Positions 11,871 to 25,113 of a stretch of 64,000 nt of DNA are shown in pieces. Below the pieces are notes generated by a model, which was given only the letters and a program-made list of their open reading frames with translations, was not told the DNA's origin and did not search any database. The stretch comes from Euprymna scolopes. Lineage: Eukaryota. The position numbers and the translations under genes were made by a program. The stretch lies in the NCBI GenBank assembly GCA_053919585.1, contig CM132791.1, one strand, 5' to 3'. The stretch's first letter is position 1. Every line of letters begins with the position of its first letter.

Positions 11871-13069
11871 CAATTCATACATACATTTTCTTTTATATAT
11901 GAAGTCACAACTTTATAATATATAAAAATCGATAGAACATTAACTCTATAATAATATATATGAAATCTGCAAGAATTAAAATATCAAATTTAAGCATACT
12001 TCAACTTAGATAAATAGTTTTGCAGTTTTAACGAAAGAGGGACAGGATGTCCCTACCGAATTCTCCTAGATCGTTGATCAATAGTACTGCGTAAGGACGG
12101 GAAATTATCATGATGAAGATAACTTTCTTTCTGTCGACTGACATAGATGTTGCAGAAAAATATGAATGATGATTTAATAATTTTAAAAGAAGATATCATC
12201 AATTAATTATGGTGATATGTTTAAGTAATAACAATGCACATAAAATAATTACAATGGTTTACAATGCCCATGTACAAACCGGCAAAGTTTTTGCGCCGAC
12301 CTTATAAATATAATGAATAGATATGATATAATATAATAATTAGATAAATCCAATAATAAAAATAAAAAGAAATAGGAACATTAGACAAAAGCCAAATAAG
12401 ATAATGTAATAAAGATAAAAGAAAAAAAATATGACGGGAGAAAACAAAAGATGAAAGGAAATAATCAAACTAGAAATAAGTTGGCGTCTTGTTTTACAGA
12501 ACATCGACTCTTTTCGTATTATTTAATGCCATATCGAGTCATTTTGTAAAGTTCTTATGCTTCAAGTTCTTTATATTTTTCAATATGTATTCATTGTGCT
12601 TGGTTTGGTTGACTTTAGATGTAATTTATTGTTTTTGTTGATAGCTTTGCAGAACATGGTTGAGTAAACCAAAAAATAATTATTTCATTTTCAAAAAAAA
12701 AAAAAAAAGTATTCCACAGGACATATAAGTTATACTTAGTATTTGAAATAATCGCTATCGGCGTTCACTAACGTCTACCAATATGTGGCCAGCTGTTAAA
12801 TCCAATTCTGATTTTTTTATGACGTCTGGTGTTTCTACTTCCGGTTATGCTTATTAAAAAAAAAAAAACAATTGCTACACGCATTTCGTATATATTTCAA
12901 CTTCATTGAATGTCTAATCAAAAAGCGGAGATAATATGTTCGTTTTCTAGTATTATGCTGACGAGAACTTAATAATGGGATAAGTTAACAATCCATTTGT
13001 ATACGATCTTACAAATGGATGCATGAATCACTCCTATCTATTTTAGTATGTAAGGTGTATGTTCATCTT

Positions 13070-13350
13070 GGATCTAAACTTCTACATGTAAATATAGTAA
13101 GGGAAGCAAAAAACAAGGAAGAACTTTCAGGGAAAAACCATTACAGTAGAAAGCTTTCCGGAACATAGGAACCTCAATAGTGTATAGGGTGGGATTTTGC
13201 TGCTTAACGCTTGAATCAGGGTATTTTAATCCAGCGGGATCAAATGCTATGAGTTCATCAGAGCATTTTTCCATAAAATTACTTGCAAAACAGGCACAGA
13301 AGCGCAAAATTTGGACTATGAGACAAGGGTTGGGACTTAGTTTATAATAC
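13070..13350 (-). mobile_element. CR1-clade LINE 3' fragment
   Basis: ORF 13074-13307 (KCSDEL...YTIEVPMFRKAFYCNGF) matches the C-terminus of the CR1-type ORF2 seen elsewhere in the window. Confidence 0.7.
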
Positions 13351-13358
13351 AGAATCTA

Positions 13359-13934
13359 CAGGGTAGAACAATAACGTTGTCGATCTAGTTAAATTAAAGA
13401 CTTTTATTATAAAAAAAATCAACTCAGGTAACTTGATTATGCAGTAGAGCTGACATCTATTCAATGTGGCCGCCTTCTGCCTCAATCACTGGCTCGATAC
13501 GGGCCCAGAACTGGGAGTATGTCTTTTCCACAAGCGCCGACGGGAGCTCAGCGAATATTCGGCGGATGGCAGCGATCAGCGTGGCTTTTGTTTTGTGGGC
13601 GCCACGTTGGATATGTTCTCGATGTATGACCAAACGAAGTAGTCTAGTTGATTCAGGGCGTGGGGAGGAGAGATGCCAGTGAGAGAAGGGTACAAAGTCG
13701 TAACATTCCTTCTAAAGCCAAGACTAGATCTCTTAGGATGTGGGCCGGTGTCGAGTCCTACTGCCACGCCTAGGCAGCCACTTGATTGCATCAGGTGATC
13801 AGCACACTCTTCAGCACACCGAGGTACACTTTGATGTTTATTTTCAAGCCGACTTCGAAGATGTGAGGTAGCATGATGTGGCCCTCTACTTAAAACCACG
13901 GCAAAGAAAATAACCTTTATTTTCATCACCCTGT
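13359..13934 (-). mobile_element. Internally deleted Tc1/mariner-superfamily element (maT/DD37D-like)
   Basis: Ends ta-cagggt... and ...caccctg. Minus strand encodes LNQLDYFVWSYIE (SPDLNPLDY-like motif) and C-terminal VEKTYSQFWARIEPVIEAEGGHIE*. Confidence 0.7.
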
Positions 13935-14702
13935 GTACGTCCCTGTTATTCGTATTCGATGCATTTTGAGGGTGCTGGCAATGCTCCTAATGTCATAACT
14001 TAGCTGGGTAGAAAGGATGAGTTGTACAGCGGCGCATCTTCAATCTCGCTGGTTGAACATTTTGTCACTTTCAGACGTGATAGAAGGCTGCTATCACCTT
14101 TGGGATTTGTACACACCTGGCCAAAAACAAAGGAGAGAAAACGGGTTTCATCAAACAAAAATGAACTTTTTTTAGGACAACAATTGTATCTTTCCCCCTG
14201 TATTAGATTGGATATTTCTTTTTTTAAACCTTATATAGTAAGGAGAGAGCATTGTTTCAATTTCCATGCTTTTATAAATTCTGTTGAATAAATTTAAGTT
14301 ATCATTCGATGATCAGTAAAGGCTTATATCCAAATTTATAGTTTGATCATAAGCAAAGCCATGACGAATGATTACTTAATATAACTGAATAATAATCCTT
14401 GATAAATAACTGAACTATTTATGGACCTCAATCCGATAATATATGTCATATATACACTACAAAACGAAAACCAAACTTCTACGTTCTGCCTTAACAATAA
14501 TTACAGAAAATCCATTGCGTTCTTTCTGGAGAATAAAGCATTTCATTGCAATGCTGCAATAACATCTGACTATAGAAAACTCTCGTTCTTATACTTTTCT
14601 ATTCCTTGTTTGAACGCATAATTTTAGATACAAAAAACAACTAAGTTAACCTGCATTTAATTCACGTAGCTTTTGACTTTATACTTTAATCACACAAAAT
14701 AC

Positions 14703-15195
14703 ACAGTGGGCCACTTAAAAATAGGTCAGTCTCTCTAATCTTTCTCTTAACGACCAACTGACACCACAAGACAAAATGAAAGTCTTTTTCTAATAAGATG
14801 GCGCTACATACTACACGTCTCACAGATCACTGACACAAGTTCATGACATGTTTATGGAAGAGAAAACAATAAGCAAAGGGTTATGGCCACCATGTTACCC
14901 GAACTTGTCATTATGTGATTTTTATCTTTGGGGGACTTTAAAACAAAACGTTTATCCAAATAATCCTCACAATCTTGACCAATTATAGGAGAGCATTACC
15001 AACGCTATCAGGAGAATCAGCAGGGATTATTTGTTAAACAAACCCAGAAATGCATAGATGTCAACTGACAACACTTCCAACATCTTTTATACCCCTATAG
15101 TACATTTAAATAATGCTACAGGTAATTTAAACAATAAAAGAATGTTCCTTCTCTCTACTACATTTACTGGTGTACTTTTAAGTGGGTCACTCCGT
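14703..15195 (+). mobile_element. Internally deleted Tc1/mariner-superfamily element
   Basis: Imperfect TIRs cagtgggccacttaaaa / ttttaagtgggtcact with TA flanks. Plus strand encodes LWPPCYPNLSLCDFYLWGTLKQNVYPNNPHNLDQL (WPPRSPDL..CDF.LWG.LK motif). Confidence 0.75.
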
Positions 15196-15741
15196 ACATA
15201 GTAATATAGTGACCAATTTAAGGACTGAGTAATGTTTTGCAGATGTGCACTTTAACTGTATCAGCAATTTCCAATTTTCTCAACAAATAAACCCTCTTTT
15301 TTTACACTTCCACCTATAAGTCTCATACTATATAGTGTATGACCCAACACTCAACTCTTATGCGATATATGTAACTGTAACTTTCATTAATCTTCATCGA
15401 TATGTGTGTTTATTAACTGCCGAAAGTGATAAAGAACGGAAGAGCCAATGAAAAGCTAAAACGGAATATAACAAAATTAGTAATACTATTTCATTCGTAG
15501 CTCATAGTAAATTGGGAATATGCATACATATATGCATACATACATTTAAATAGACAGGTGAGATATATACTATAGATGGGAAACAGAGAGAGAATAAGAG
15601 AGGGAGAAAGAAAGGGATAAATAAAGTTATTTTAACTTCTTTAATTGTTTTTAAGAACTTATTTTCACCTGATTCAAGAATGTATTCAAAGCTGAATTAA
15701 TGACTCAAATGTAATCTCCCTTAGCTTATATACATACACAC

Positions 15742-15799
<58 letters not shown>

Positions 15800-15810
<11 letters not shown>

Positions 15811-16275
15811 TTTCTTATATGTGTATGTGAAAGTTCGTTCCCTTTGAGTTCGGAAACGGCGGGCCGATTTTTTTTCGAAATTCCATACAAAGGTACTTGA
15901 TGTGTCAAGGTGTGTTCCTACGTGAGTTTAGTATCGGAATGCTGTCATAAGTATCGCAAATCGATAATCGAAAAATTAATTAGAAAATAACAGTCCGATT
16001 TTGACCAAAATTAACACTTATATACAACGTAATATATCATACGTATTTGAGAAGTTCTATAAACGCACAAAATGAATGTATTTTTTAGAGTACAATTCAG
16101 CCATGATACTTGACTTTTGCATTTAAAACTCTAATTGAAACCATTATTTACAGATAATTTTATAAACTCAGCAATAAATTCTCTATAGTGTAATATAAAC
16201 TAAAATATATTGTGAACTGTAAAGAGCTATGCAAAGTTTCCTCTAGGTCAACTGCTGGGAAGCTTCTCTAACTAG
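15800..16275 (+). mobile_element. Non-autonomous Helitron-like repeat
   Basis: After a (TA)n tract: aaacggcgggccgatttt..gaaatt motif; 3' end in ctag. Related sequence at 60640-60840. Confidence 0.45.
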
Positions 16276-18540
16276 AACATGTAATCTATCTATTTAATTA
16301 AAAAATGTGGGATTTCACCGATTTCGATGATTGTGTAAGCATTGTCTGAAGAGAGAAATACAAATTACTCAAAGGATTTCATCAATAAAATAAGATCGAT
16401 TTCTTGTTGATTTTAAAGGATAATACGGTTAATTTTTCGTCTTCACTTTAAAGATCTTTTTGATTAGACAACCGCCCATATTTGTAGACGTAAACAAATA
16501 TTATATACAAGCAGGACCCGTTAACCGATGCTTCCCGGTGGAAACCACACTCTCCTAGCAAAAAAGTAAACTACGGTTGTTGTTAGTGGCTACTATCGTC
16601 CCTGAATAATTTTAGGCACTGACGGCAGTGGCTGAAATGATATAGTCTGGCTTTCACTGGCGAGTATTGCTGATTTAGAGTGATAACATTTTAAAAAAGC
16701 AATTAAGGGAATCCGTAAATCAGTATGAATAATTTAAATTACGAAAAATCGTCCATTAGAATAATAATGGAAAGTAAAAACAGAAGTTTTAAAGTTGAAG
16801 TTTCTCACTGTATATGAACTGCTTAGAGTCATCGAAATCAGTGGTAGCAGTCCTAGCTATTTCCGTTTGTTGTTCAATTCTTTCTCTTCTTTTCCACTAT
16901 CCCACCAATAATACTAAAGTAAATTCCAGTTTTGTGTCGTCTTCTTTTAACCTGTAAAACAAAATAATGACAACTTTTTCACCTCACTTCTTTGAGTATT
17001 GTTATGTTAAGGACGGTGTTTGGAAGATGTAAAACATTGGAGGAGGCAGTGTCAGTAGGAGAGAAGTTGATTGGTTTATCGCACGTGCGTACAAACCTGA
17101 CAGTCAGTGAATTACAGTGCATAATACTTGTCTTCATATCTCTATAAGTACTTGTCTCCGTAAAGAATGAGATTTTCTCAATCAGCATAGTCGAAAACCT
17201 GTAAAAGTCGTCATTGTAAAAAAATTGTGGAGGTGCACCTAATGAAAACATTTAACCCCTCTCCAGTTAATGTGTGCGCAATGTCGGGAATCCAGTAGAT
17301 GATATTGCCGAAACTTTTCTTCTAATATGGTGACGATCGTTATAGATAGCGCTGTTTTAAATAAAGTATATTTAAATAAAGTACATAAAAAGTAACTATG
17401 TCTGTAAAAATATAATTAATTACTGGAACAAATGTACAAAGAGAGCGAGAGAGAGGGGAGGGAAATAGATGCTTGTTACATTTTTTCTTCGGCATCGACG
17501 TGAAGAAATGTAAAAAAGGGAGCAAGAGAGACAAAAAGATCAAGAGAGAGCGAAAAAAGTAGGGAAAGAGAGGGTTGGCAAAATATATACAGAGAGATAA
17601 GAAGGGAAGGAGAGAGGGGGAATATAAACTTACGTCGTTAGATGTAAGAAAATGAACGTAGCAATTTATTCAAAAAGTAAAAGTAGGTATCACAGCGACG
17701 TCATATTTGAATAATACACTAGCGTTCGTTTAGCATTCGAATACTATAAATATAGAATATAGAATTGAGCGGAATTAATCTGTGGAGACTATCATTTTTC
17801 AATCTTAAAAGTGAAAGATTATGTTATGTCTTGGAGTTTATGATCCAGTTACACATGGTGAAAGTTCATATCTGTCGAAGGTGCAGAATTCCTCCCAGTG
17901 ATGACTGGAGCGGTAGGAGGACTTGATATTTAAGGGAAACATTAGGAACTTCTTCTTCTAAAGATGGTTGCGATTGTGATGATATTGCTCCTAGGATGAA
18001 ATCTAGGCTTTTTTTATAATGACTAAATGTGTCTAAATTTTCGTTCTTAAGTTACATAAAATAGTGACTAATAATCTATACATAATAAATTTGTATGTGC
18101 TATTTGTTGTTGCAAATCTACGGTACGTTGGTCCATAGAGAAATTTCTGCAATCAAAATATTATATATAGTGATATATATTATGTATAAATGGTATTTTT
18201 TTTACTTTTGTCACAACTCAACTCTTACTTGTAAAATGACGACTTTAAATTTTGCGCAAACAAGTAATCTTCTGGTTATTAAAACCTGTATTATTCGATG
18301 TAATCTATTATGTATTTACTGTTTTTCGCAACTTTAAAGTATTAATGCGCATGCTTGTCACAAAAAACTTCCTCCTCTTACCATTGACATTTCTTAAGCA
18401 ATACATTGGAAAACATTTAATATCCAGTAAAGTACTTGTCTGCTCAAAATTTAAATGTGATATTTGTTTTCAGCGTATTCGAAAACATATAAACATCGTC
18501 ATTTTGAATGTGAGTGTTCAGATGGTAAGAAAGTACAAAT

Positions 18541-18580
<40 letters not shown>

Positions 18581-18582
<2 letters not shown>

Positions 18583-19867
18583 AGGGGCGTGCAATAAGTA
18601 ATACCCCTGACCCACTTCTCATAGCAGTAGAGCAACGAAACTTCGCACAGTTATTAGTCTTTCTCTACATAGGAACTACCCAGAGTTATGCATTTCTCCC
18701 ATCGTTTGATGCAGCTCTGGAGACCGTTTTTGTAGAACACCCAAGTTGGTTCTCCAACCACGACGTGATTTCAGAAATCAAGGCTGCATCATCTGCATAA
18801 CGCTTTCCTTTCAAAAACAACTTGGATGGGAAGAGGTGAAAGTCAGAGGGTGCAAGGTCAGGAGAGTAGGGAGGATGGGGAAATATTTCATGATCACGCC
18901 CGTGCTTCTTATCTGGCGACATGTGAGTTGTGGATCGGAGCGTTGTCGTGCAGGAGGAGGGCACCTTTGCTGATCTTGCCCCGCCTCTTGATTTTGATAG
19001 CTTCCCTTAATTTCCTCAAAAGTGAAGCATAATAGGCTCCTGTAATTGTGGTATCCTTTGTCAGGAAATCTGTCATCACTACTCCGTCCTGGTCCCAGAA
19101 GGCTGTGAGCATGACCTTGTCAGCGGAGGGCTGCACCCTTGCCTTGTTTTGAGGTGGTGAGTCCAAGTGCTACCACTGCATTGACTGGGCTTTGATCTCT
19201 GGATCATAGTGATGGACCCAGGTTTCATCCTGTGTAATCAGTCTTTTGAAAACATTTGACTCATCTTCTTGGCACATCTCCAAATTCATCCTCAAGCACT
19301 CGACGCGTTCTCGCTTCTGGAATGGTGTGAGCAACAGGGGAATCCATCTGGCAGACACCTTATGCATATGCAAATGGTCATGAATTATAGATACCACAGA
19401 TCCTTTACTAATCCCGACAACTTGAGCTATTTGGCGAATAGTAATGCGCCGATCTTCGAAAATGGCAGTCTCAACTTGACGGACAGATGCCTCCTCAATG
19501 GCAGAAGGGGGGGGCGACCATGTCTGGGAGCTGCTTCCACAGACTTCCGGTCATGTTTGAATTCACAATGACAGCGTTTTACAAGGTATATGATGGGGCA
19601 TTATCACCATAAGTTTCTTTCATTTCATCAAAAGTCTCTTGTGGTATGCGTCCTTTCAAATACAAAAACTGGATCATTGCTCGACATTAAACATACTTCA
19701 TTTCACACCTGACTCAGTTCAAACACCTGTAAAACAGAAACCACAATTAGCTCAGCGTTGTAATTTGCCACATACCCCGTAGAGATATAAATCATTGCAC
19801 ATGCAAAATTTCAGCTAGATCAGACAAGAGCAAGTGGGTCAGGGGCATACTTTTTTAACGCCCCTTG
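18581..19867 (-). mobile_element. Full-length mariner (DD34D) transposon, 1287 bp, pseudogenised transposase
   Basis: TIRs gaggggcgt..ccctgacccactt at both ends, TA flanks within (TA)n. Minus-strand ORF pieces carry ARWIP, LITQDETWVHHYDPE, LLLHDNAPIH and HPPYSPDLAPSDFHLF with frameshifts/stops. Confidence 0.95.
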
Positions 19868-19898
<31 letters not shown>

Positions 19899-21601
19899 CG
19901 AGAGAGAAAGAGAGAGCGAGAGAGAAAAAAGAGCAAGAGGAAGAGAAAGAAGAGTCAAAGATCTATATATTTGAAAGAAAGGGGGAAATATATATTAATA
20001 AAATTCATGTATGTGTGTATGTGTGTTTGTATGTGTTAAAGTATACATATTCATTGAGCAGGATATATTTATAGAGAGATACATAGGTGCATGTCTGTCT
20101 ATATTTTTGTTGTTCTAATTATCTATATAAAATGCACAAATCACTTTACTGATAATAAGCAATTCGATCTCATGCTTGAAAAATCTACATTACCAACTTG
20201 GTATAAATTTTGGTAAAGAGCATTTTAGAAAGTAAATCGAATTTCTTCGTGTCTACATAAGAGAGAGAAAAAATAACAAAAGATTTTTTTCATTTGTTTA
20301 GACTTTCAAAAGCTTATAAATTGAATTATATCATTGCGCTCGCAATTCATCCGTTTGGTTATTCAAACGGTGCCTTATCAAACAAACAGAGGTGAAAGGT
20401 CAAATGTTTGATGTTTTTTTGAAGTTTTTGATCGCCGAAAAAAGATTTCGCACGCTTAGAATGGAAAAGCAGTCAAAGAGGCGTTGTGACAAGAGGAAAC
20501 ATAGCAAAGTAAAACAAAAATAAAATGGCTGCGGTTCTCTAGGTTTTTCCCATGTCTACTAAATTGCTTGTTTACGTTGTGTATATAGATTAGTTTGAAA
20601 GGCGCGAATTGAATGCAGTTAAGCNNNNNNNNNNNNNNNNNNNNNNNNNNNNNNNNNNNNNNNNNNNNNNNNNNNNNNNNNNNNNNNNNNNNNNNNNNNN
20701 NNNNNNNNNNNNNNNNNNNNNNNNNNNNNNNNNNNNNNNNNNNNNNNNNNNNNNNATTAATCAATCAAAATCAAAAATTGTAAAATCCTTGTTTGAATTT
20801 TTTATGGATAAATAAATAGTGTAATATATTACATTTATATTTTAATCATTGTATTATCTTTTAATTTATCTTTGTTATTTNNNNNNNNNNNNNNNNNNNN
20901 NNNNNNNNNNNNNNNNNNNNNNNNNNNNNNNNNNNNNNNNNNNNNNNNNNNNNNNNNNNNNNNNNNNNNNNNNNNNNNNNNNNNNNNNNNNNNNNNNNNN
21001 NNNNNNNNNNNNNNNNNNNNNNNNGTGTATGTGTGCCTGTGTGTCCAACTCTCCTCCAACCCAAACCATTGAACCGATCACGATCATAATGTAATGATGA
21101 AGGTCCACCACATAAATTCGCTCCTACGTCCCACACTATTTAACCGATCATGACCAAACTGGCATGATGATGGTCCCCAACCTAGAGATGGTGCACACTA
21201 TTTTTTAAGGCTAAAAAGCCCCTCGTATATATATATATATAGAGAGAGAGAACGAGAGAGAGAGAGAGAGAGAGTGCGAGAGGAAGAGAAAGAAGAGTCA
21301 AAGATCTATATATTTGAAAGAAAGGGGGAAATATATATTAATAAAATTCATATATATATAAGTGTATTTTTTTTTAATTCATGATGTACACGTTTTACAA
21401 GGTCATAGCCTATACATATATATTCACCAACCGCATAAACCACTGAACCGATCATGATCAAGCCTGACATGATGATAGTCTCTCACTTAGGGAAGGTGCA
21501 CGCTATTTTTCAAGGTATAGGTCCAATGTTTAAGTCAGTACTTTGCTAGTATAAATATATGTGTGCGTGTGTGTGCGTATGTATTTATATGTGTGCATTT
21601 A

Positions 21602-22870
21602 CGAGTTGCGTATGAAGGCCATTACAACGTAACAGGGTATAAGTAGGCCATTGGTTATGAGATAAGGTCACAATGCCAAAATTGAAAGATTTCAATAATT
21701 TTCTATCTTTAATTATTTATTCAGTTTTAAATAATTGAAAAATGTGAGATCGTTGTATATTATAATTGATTCTGTTTGCATTGTCTTATATTCAACTGTG
21801 TTTTATAACATACTACATTGTAACAGCATCCAAACACACTTCCTTACTTACGATGCACAATGCTCCAAGAAAACTACGTATCCTTCTCCCACACATATAT
21901 ACGTCAGAAGGTGCAGGGTCAGAAGAGTATGGTGATTTGAGAGGCTTCATAGCCGCATGTTTGGTCTCTTTATCTGTCGACATGTAATGCAGGAGAAAAT
22001 GTCTTTGCTGATCTTGTCCAGTTTCTTGATGTTGACAGTTTCTTTTAATTTTCTCAAAAATGAAACATAATAAACTCCTGTAATTGTCGTGCTCTTTTCT
22101 TTAACATCTATCATTCCTACTCTCCTGGTTCCATAAAAAGACTGAGCATGATTTTCCAGCAGGGAGTTGCTCCTTTGTCTGCGTTTGAGGTAGCGAGTCT
22201 AAGTACACTGTCTGGGATGTGGTCTCTGAGTCATGATAGACCTAGGTTTCAACTTGTGTAATCCCACCTTGGGAAACTTTTAACTCATATACTATGTACA
22301 TCTCCAACTTAATTTCAAGCATTCGACACAATCTATTTTCTAGAAATAGATCATCAACCTAGGAATCGATTTGGCAGATACCTTATGCATATGCATATTG
22401 TTACGAATGATAATTTCCACAGAACATGTACTAATATTGACCTCTTAGTCTATCTGGCAAATAATCATCCGTCGATCTTCCCAACTGACAGCCTAAAATT
22501 ACTGACAAATCGTCTCATCAATGACAGAAGGACGTGACGACTAGGTGTGAGAGATGATTCTGCAGATTTCTGGGCATTTTTCAATTCATGATGTACACGA
22601 TTTACAAGGCCATATGTTAGGGGCATCATGGTCATACATTTTTTTCTATTTCATAGAAACTATCATGTGGTGTGCGTTCTTTTAAAATAAAAGACGGATC
22701 ACTGTGCGGCACTCAACATGCTCCAATTCAAATCTTAGTCAGGTCTAACACCAGAAAACACTATATAATTTGCCACATTACACAAATAGATAAAAATTAC
22801 TGCAGATGAAAAATATCAGTACGGTCAGACAACTGCAGTGGGCCAAGGGCATTAAGTATTGAACGCTTGT
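21602..22870 (-). mobile_element. Older degenerate mariner copy related to 18581-19867
   Basis: Colinear similarity (gtcagaaggtgcagggtcagaagagta, ctttgctgatcttg, ggcagataccttatgcatatgca) and right TIR gtgggccaagggcattaagtattgaacgc. Confidence 0.85.
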
Positions 22871-23051
22871 TATATTATTCTTGAATTTACCAAAATGATC
22901 TAAGATGGTAAAATTAAAATAAATTATAAATATTAAAGAATTAATATTTATAAAATTATCTCAGCCAGATATAAAAGCTCGATAAAACCAAATAGGAAAT
23001 AGAGCTTATAATATGCGCAGACAGTTAATAAACTATCTTTAAAAAACTTTG

Positions 23052-23178
23052 AAAGTGAAGCAGAGGGAATATGGTAAAGAAAGGGGTGATTACACATTAA
23101 TGGATAGTCTGGTGGAAGATTCGTATCTATTCGTGTGTAATACCCTTTTTCTTTACCATATTCCCTCTGCTTCACTTT
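23052..23178. repeat. Inverted repeat, ~45-bp arms (23052-23096 / 23134-23178)
   Basis: aaagtgaagcagagggaatatggtaaagaaa versus tttctttaccatattccctctgcttcacttt. Confidence 0.9.
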
Positions 23179-23268
23179 TTTGTTTTCAAGTAAGATCTTT
23201 GACTTACTTGTTGTTTCATCAAATACTTCTGCATGCAAAATCCGATCCTGCATTTTGCTAATTCCTAA

Positions 23269-23315
23269 CCTCTGATGAGAAGGAAAGTATTTCTTCGAAA
23301 CTCCGCGGATTAAGG
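23269..23315 (+). ncRNA. Minimal type I hammerhead ribozyme
   Basis: cct-CTGATGA-gaaggaa-agta-tttcttc-GAAA-c-tccgcgga-t-TA-agg. 7-bp stem II, palindromic stem III with one mismatch, stem I cct/agg. Cassette ends at (TA)n at 23396. Confidence 0.75.
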
Positions 23316-23392
23316 ACTATCCATTTATCTAATGTTTCCTTTTCAGTTTATATATGTTTTAACTCATTTCAACATATTTTATTAACTGTTTG

Positions 23393-23438
<46 letters not shown>

Positions 23439-23440
<2 letters not shown>

Positions 23441-24290
23441 GTAGCGTCCAAAACTAAGGGGCAAAATTTAAAAACCTAATATTTGTTTAGAAATAACAAC
23501 TTTGAAAAGCTGAAATTTTAACAACTGATAGTCGTTATCATCCATAATAACAAATTAAAATTTGAATTATTTGCAAAGGATAGAAAAAGAATTATATCAA
23601 CTATTTATTTATTTTCCAAATTGCTTATGTCCAAAAGTAAGGGACAACATTGAGAAAAACAATGCAAACATTATGCTATATTCAAATTTTTTATTTCCTC
23701 TAAGAAATAAGTCTTACTTAGTCATTTGTAAACGTTGCATCAGCCGGCACTATAGCGAAACATCAAAAACTTGATTACTCTATGAGACAAGCTATTGTGA
23801 AGCTACACAAGGAAAAGCACATCATTAGAGAGATTTCAGAGAAAGTGAAACGTTCCAAGATTGTTGTGGACAGGATTGTTAAATCCTACAATGATACTGA
23901 CAGAATAGTTAGTGCTTTTAAAACTGGTATGTCCCGCAAAACTTCGACAAGAGAAGATCGAATAATGCAGTGTATGTCATAAAAGGACCGTTTTAAGTCT
24001 TGTACATATATTAAAAGGGTTATGAATAGTACATCATGTGTTAATGTGTCAAGATAGACTGTTTCTAGATGACTGCAAGAAATAGGGCTGTTTAATTGAA
24101 CTCTAGGGAAGAAACCACTTGTTACTTTTAAGAATAAGAAGTGATTAGAGCTTTCAAACAGGTATCTAATGTGTGCATATTAAATTTGGACAAAAGTATT
24201 TTTTAGTGATAAAAGCAAGTTTAATTTATTTCGAAATGATGGAAAGAAAAATGTAAAGAGAGGTATTGGTGAAAGATTATGTGCATAATT
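23439..24290 (+). mobile_element. Tc1-like transposon, 5' half, truncated at a (TA)n/Penelope junction
   Basis: Left end ta-ccgtagcgtccaaaactaaggg with internal repeat tccaaaagtaaggg (23630). HTH-type ORF 23782-23982 (AIVKLHKE..REISEKVKRS..RKTSTREDR) and downstream VFFSDKSKFNLF (first catalytic D motif). Confidence 0.8.
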
Positions 24291-24297
24291 TAACCAG

Positions 24298-24367
<70 letters not shown>

Positions 24368-24380
24368 CTGGTTAAATTAT

Positions 24381-24727
24381 CCGATGCCGGTATATATTCC
24401 ATCCGATGTAACAACTGTCAACAAGCGTACATAGGTGATACACAACGAAAATTGAAATTAAGACTTAACGAGCACAGAAGAGATATAAGGAATGGTAACG
24501 CCCTAAATGCACTCTTTTGCCATTGTGCAGAACACGATCACTCATTTAATTTAGATCAAGCGAAAATTATTAAATACGTGATAGATAGAGCTAAAAGAAG
24601 ACTTTTAGAATCAGCACTAATATTGAATACTAATACTATTACGCAAAGAAAAGGCTTCTACCATTTAACCCCTAGCATAGGGAAAATAATAATCAAAGAG
24701 CAAGGTATCAGGGTGGATCCTGGCTAG
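24381..24727 (+). pseudogene. Penelope-like GIY-YIG endonuclease domain fragment
   Basis: AGIYSIRCNNCQQAYIGDTQRKLKLRLNEH...ALFCHCAEHDHSF...RRLLESALI: GIY/YIG with CxxC spacer, conserved R, H and E; open frame to stop at 24727. Confidence 0.9.
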
Positions 24728-24954
24728 CCGTTTTTCCTTGAATGTTTCAGGAAAATGAGTAGTTTTGCAGAAGAAATAAAAAAAAAATGTACATATTTAT
24801 TTTAATGCATTTTTAAAAGTGTATATATAGACATCGAACAACCCAACCTTCCCATACGCACACATATTTGTCCTTCCCGACATGGGTAGGATTAAAAAAC
24901 TGTCTTTTTCGCACGATCTATGACTATTTCTTTTCTTACATTTTTATTTCAATT

Positions 24955-24994
24955 ATCCTGAAGATGTCCTCTGAAATAAGGACGAAACGTTGAT
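24955..24994 (+). ncRNA. Minimal Penelope-type hammerhead variant
   Basis: atc-CTGAAGA-t-gtcct-ctgaaata-aggac-GAAACGTT-gat; stem III reduced to palindrome AACGTT; ~230 nt after the GIY-YIG stop. Confidence 0.75.
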
Positions 24995-25032
24995 TTTTTA
25001 ATAATTTTATTCGGTTTTTCTATTTTTCTTAA

Positions 25033-25113
<81 letters not shown>

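Larger units (their letters stand above)
24365..25036 (+). mobile_element. 5'-truncated Penelope-like retroelement: GIY-YIG endonuclease C-terminus plus pLTR
   Basis: Flanked by (TA)n on both sides; contains the GIY-YIG ORF and a downstream hammerhead motif. Confidence 0.88.

Noticed and set aside
12958-13000. CTGACGA followed by hairpin aactta/taagtt
   Set aside because: No GAAA box or cleavage triplet; at most a dead relic.
20625-21024. N runs of about 130-145 nt (also 31597, 45765, 46340) and ORFs spanning them
   Set aside because: Assembly gaps; content unknown, X-filled ORFs are meaningless.
21226-21360. Near-exact copy of 19868-20008
   Set aside because: Lies near gaps and microsatellites; may be a local misassembly, so not interpreted.
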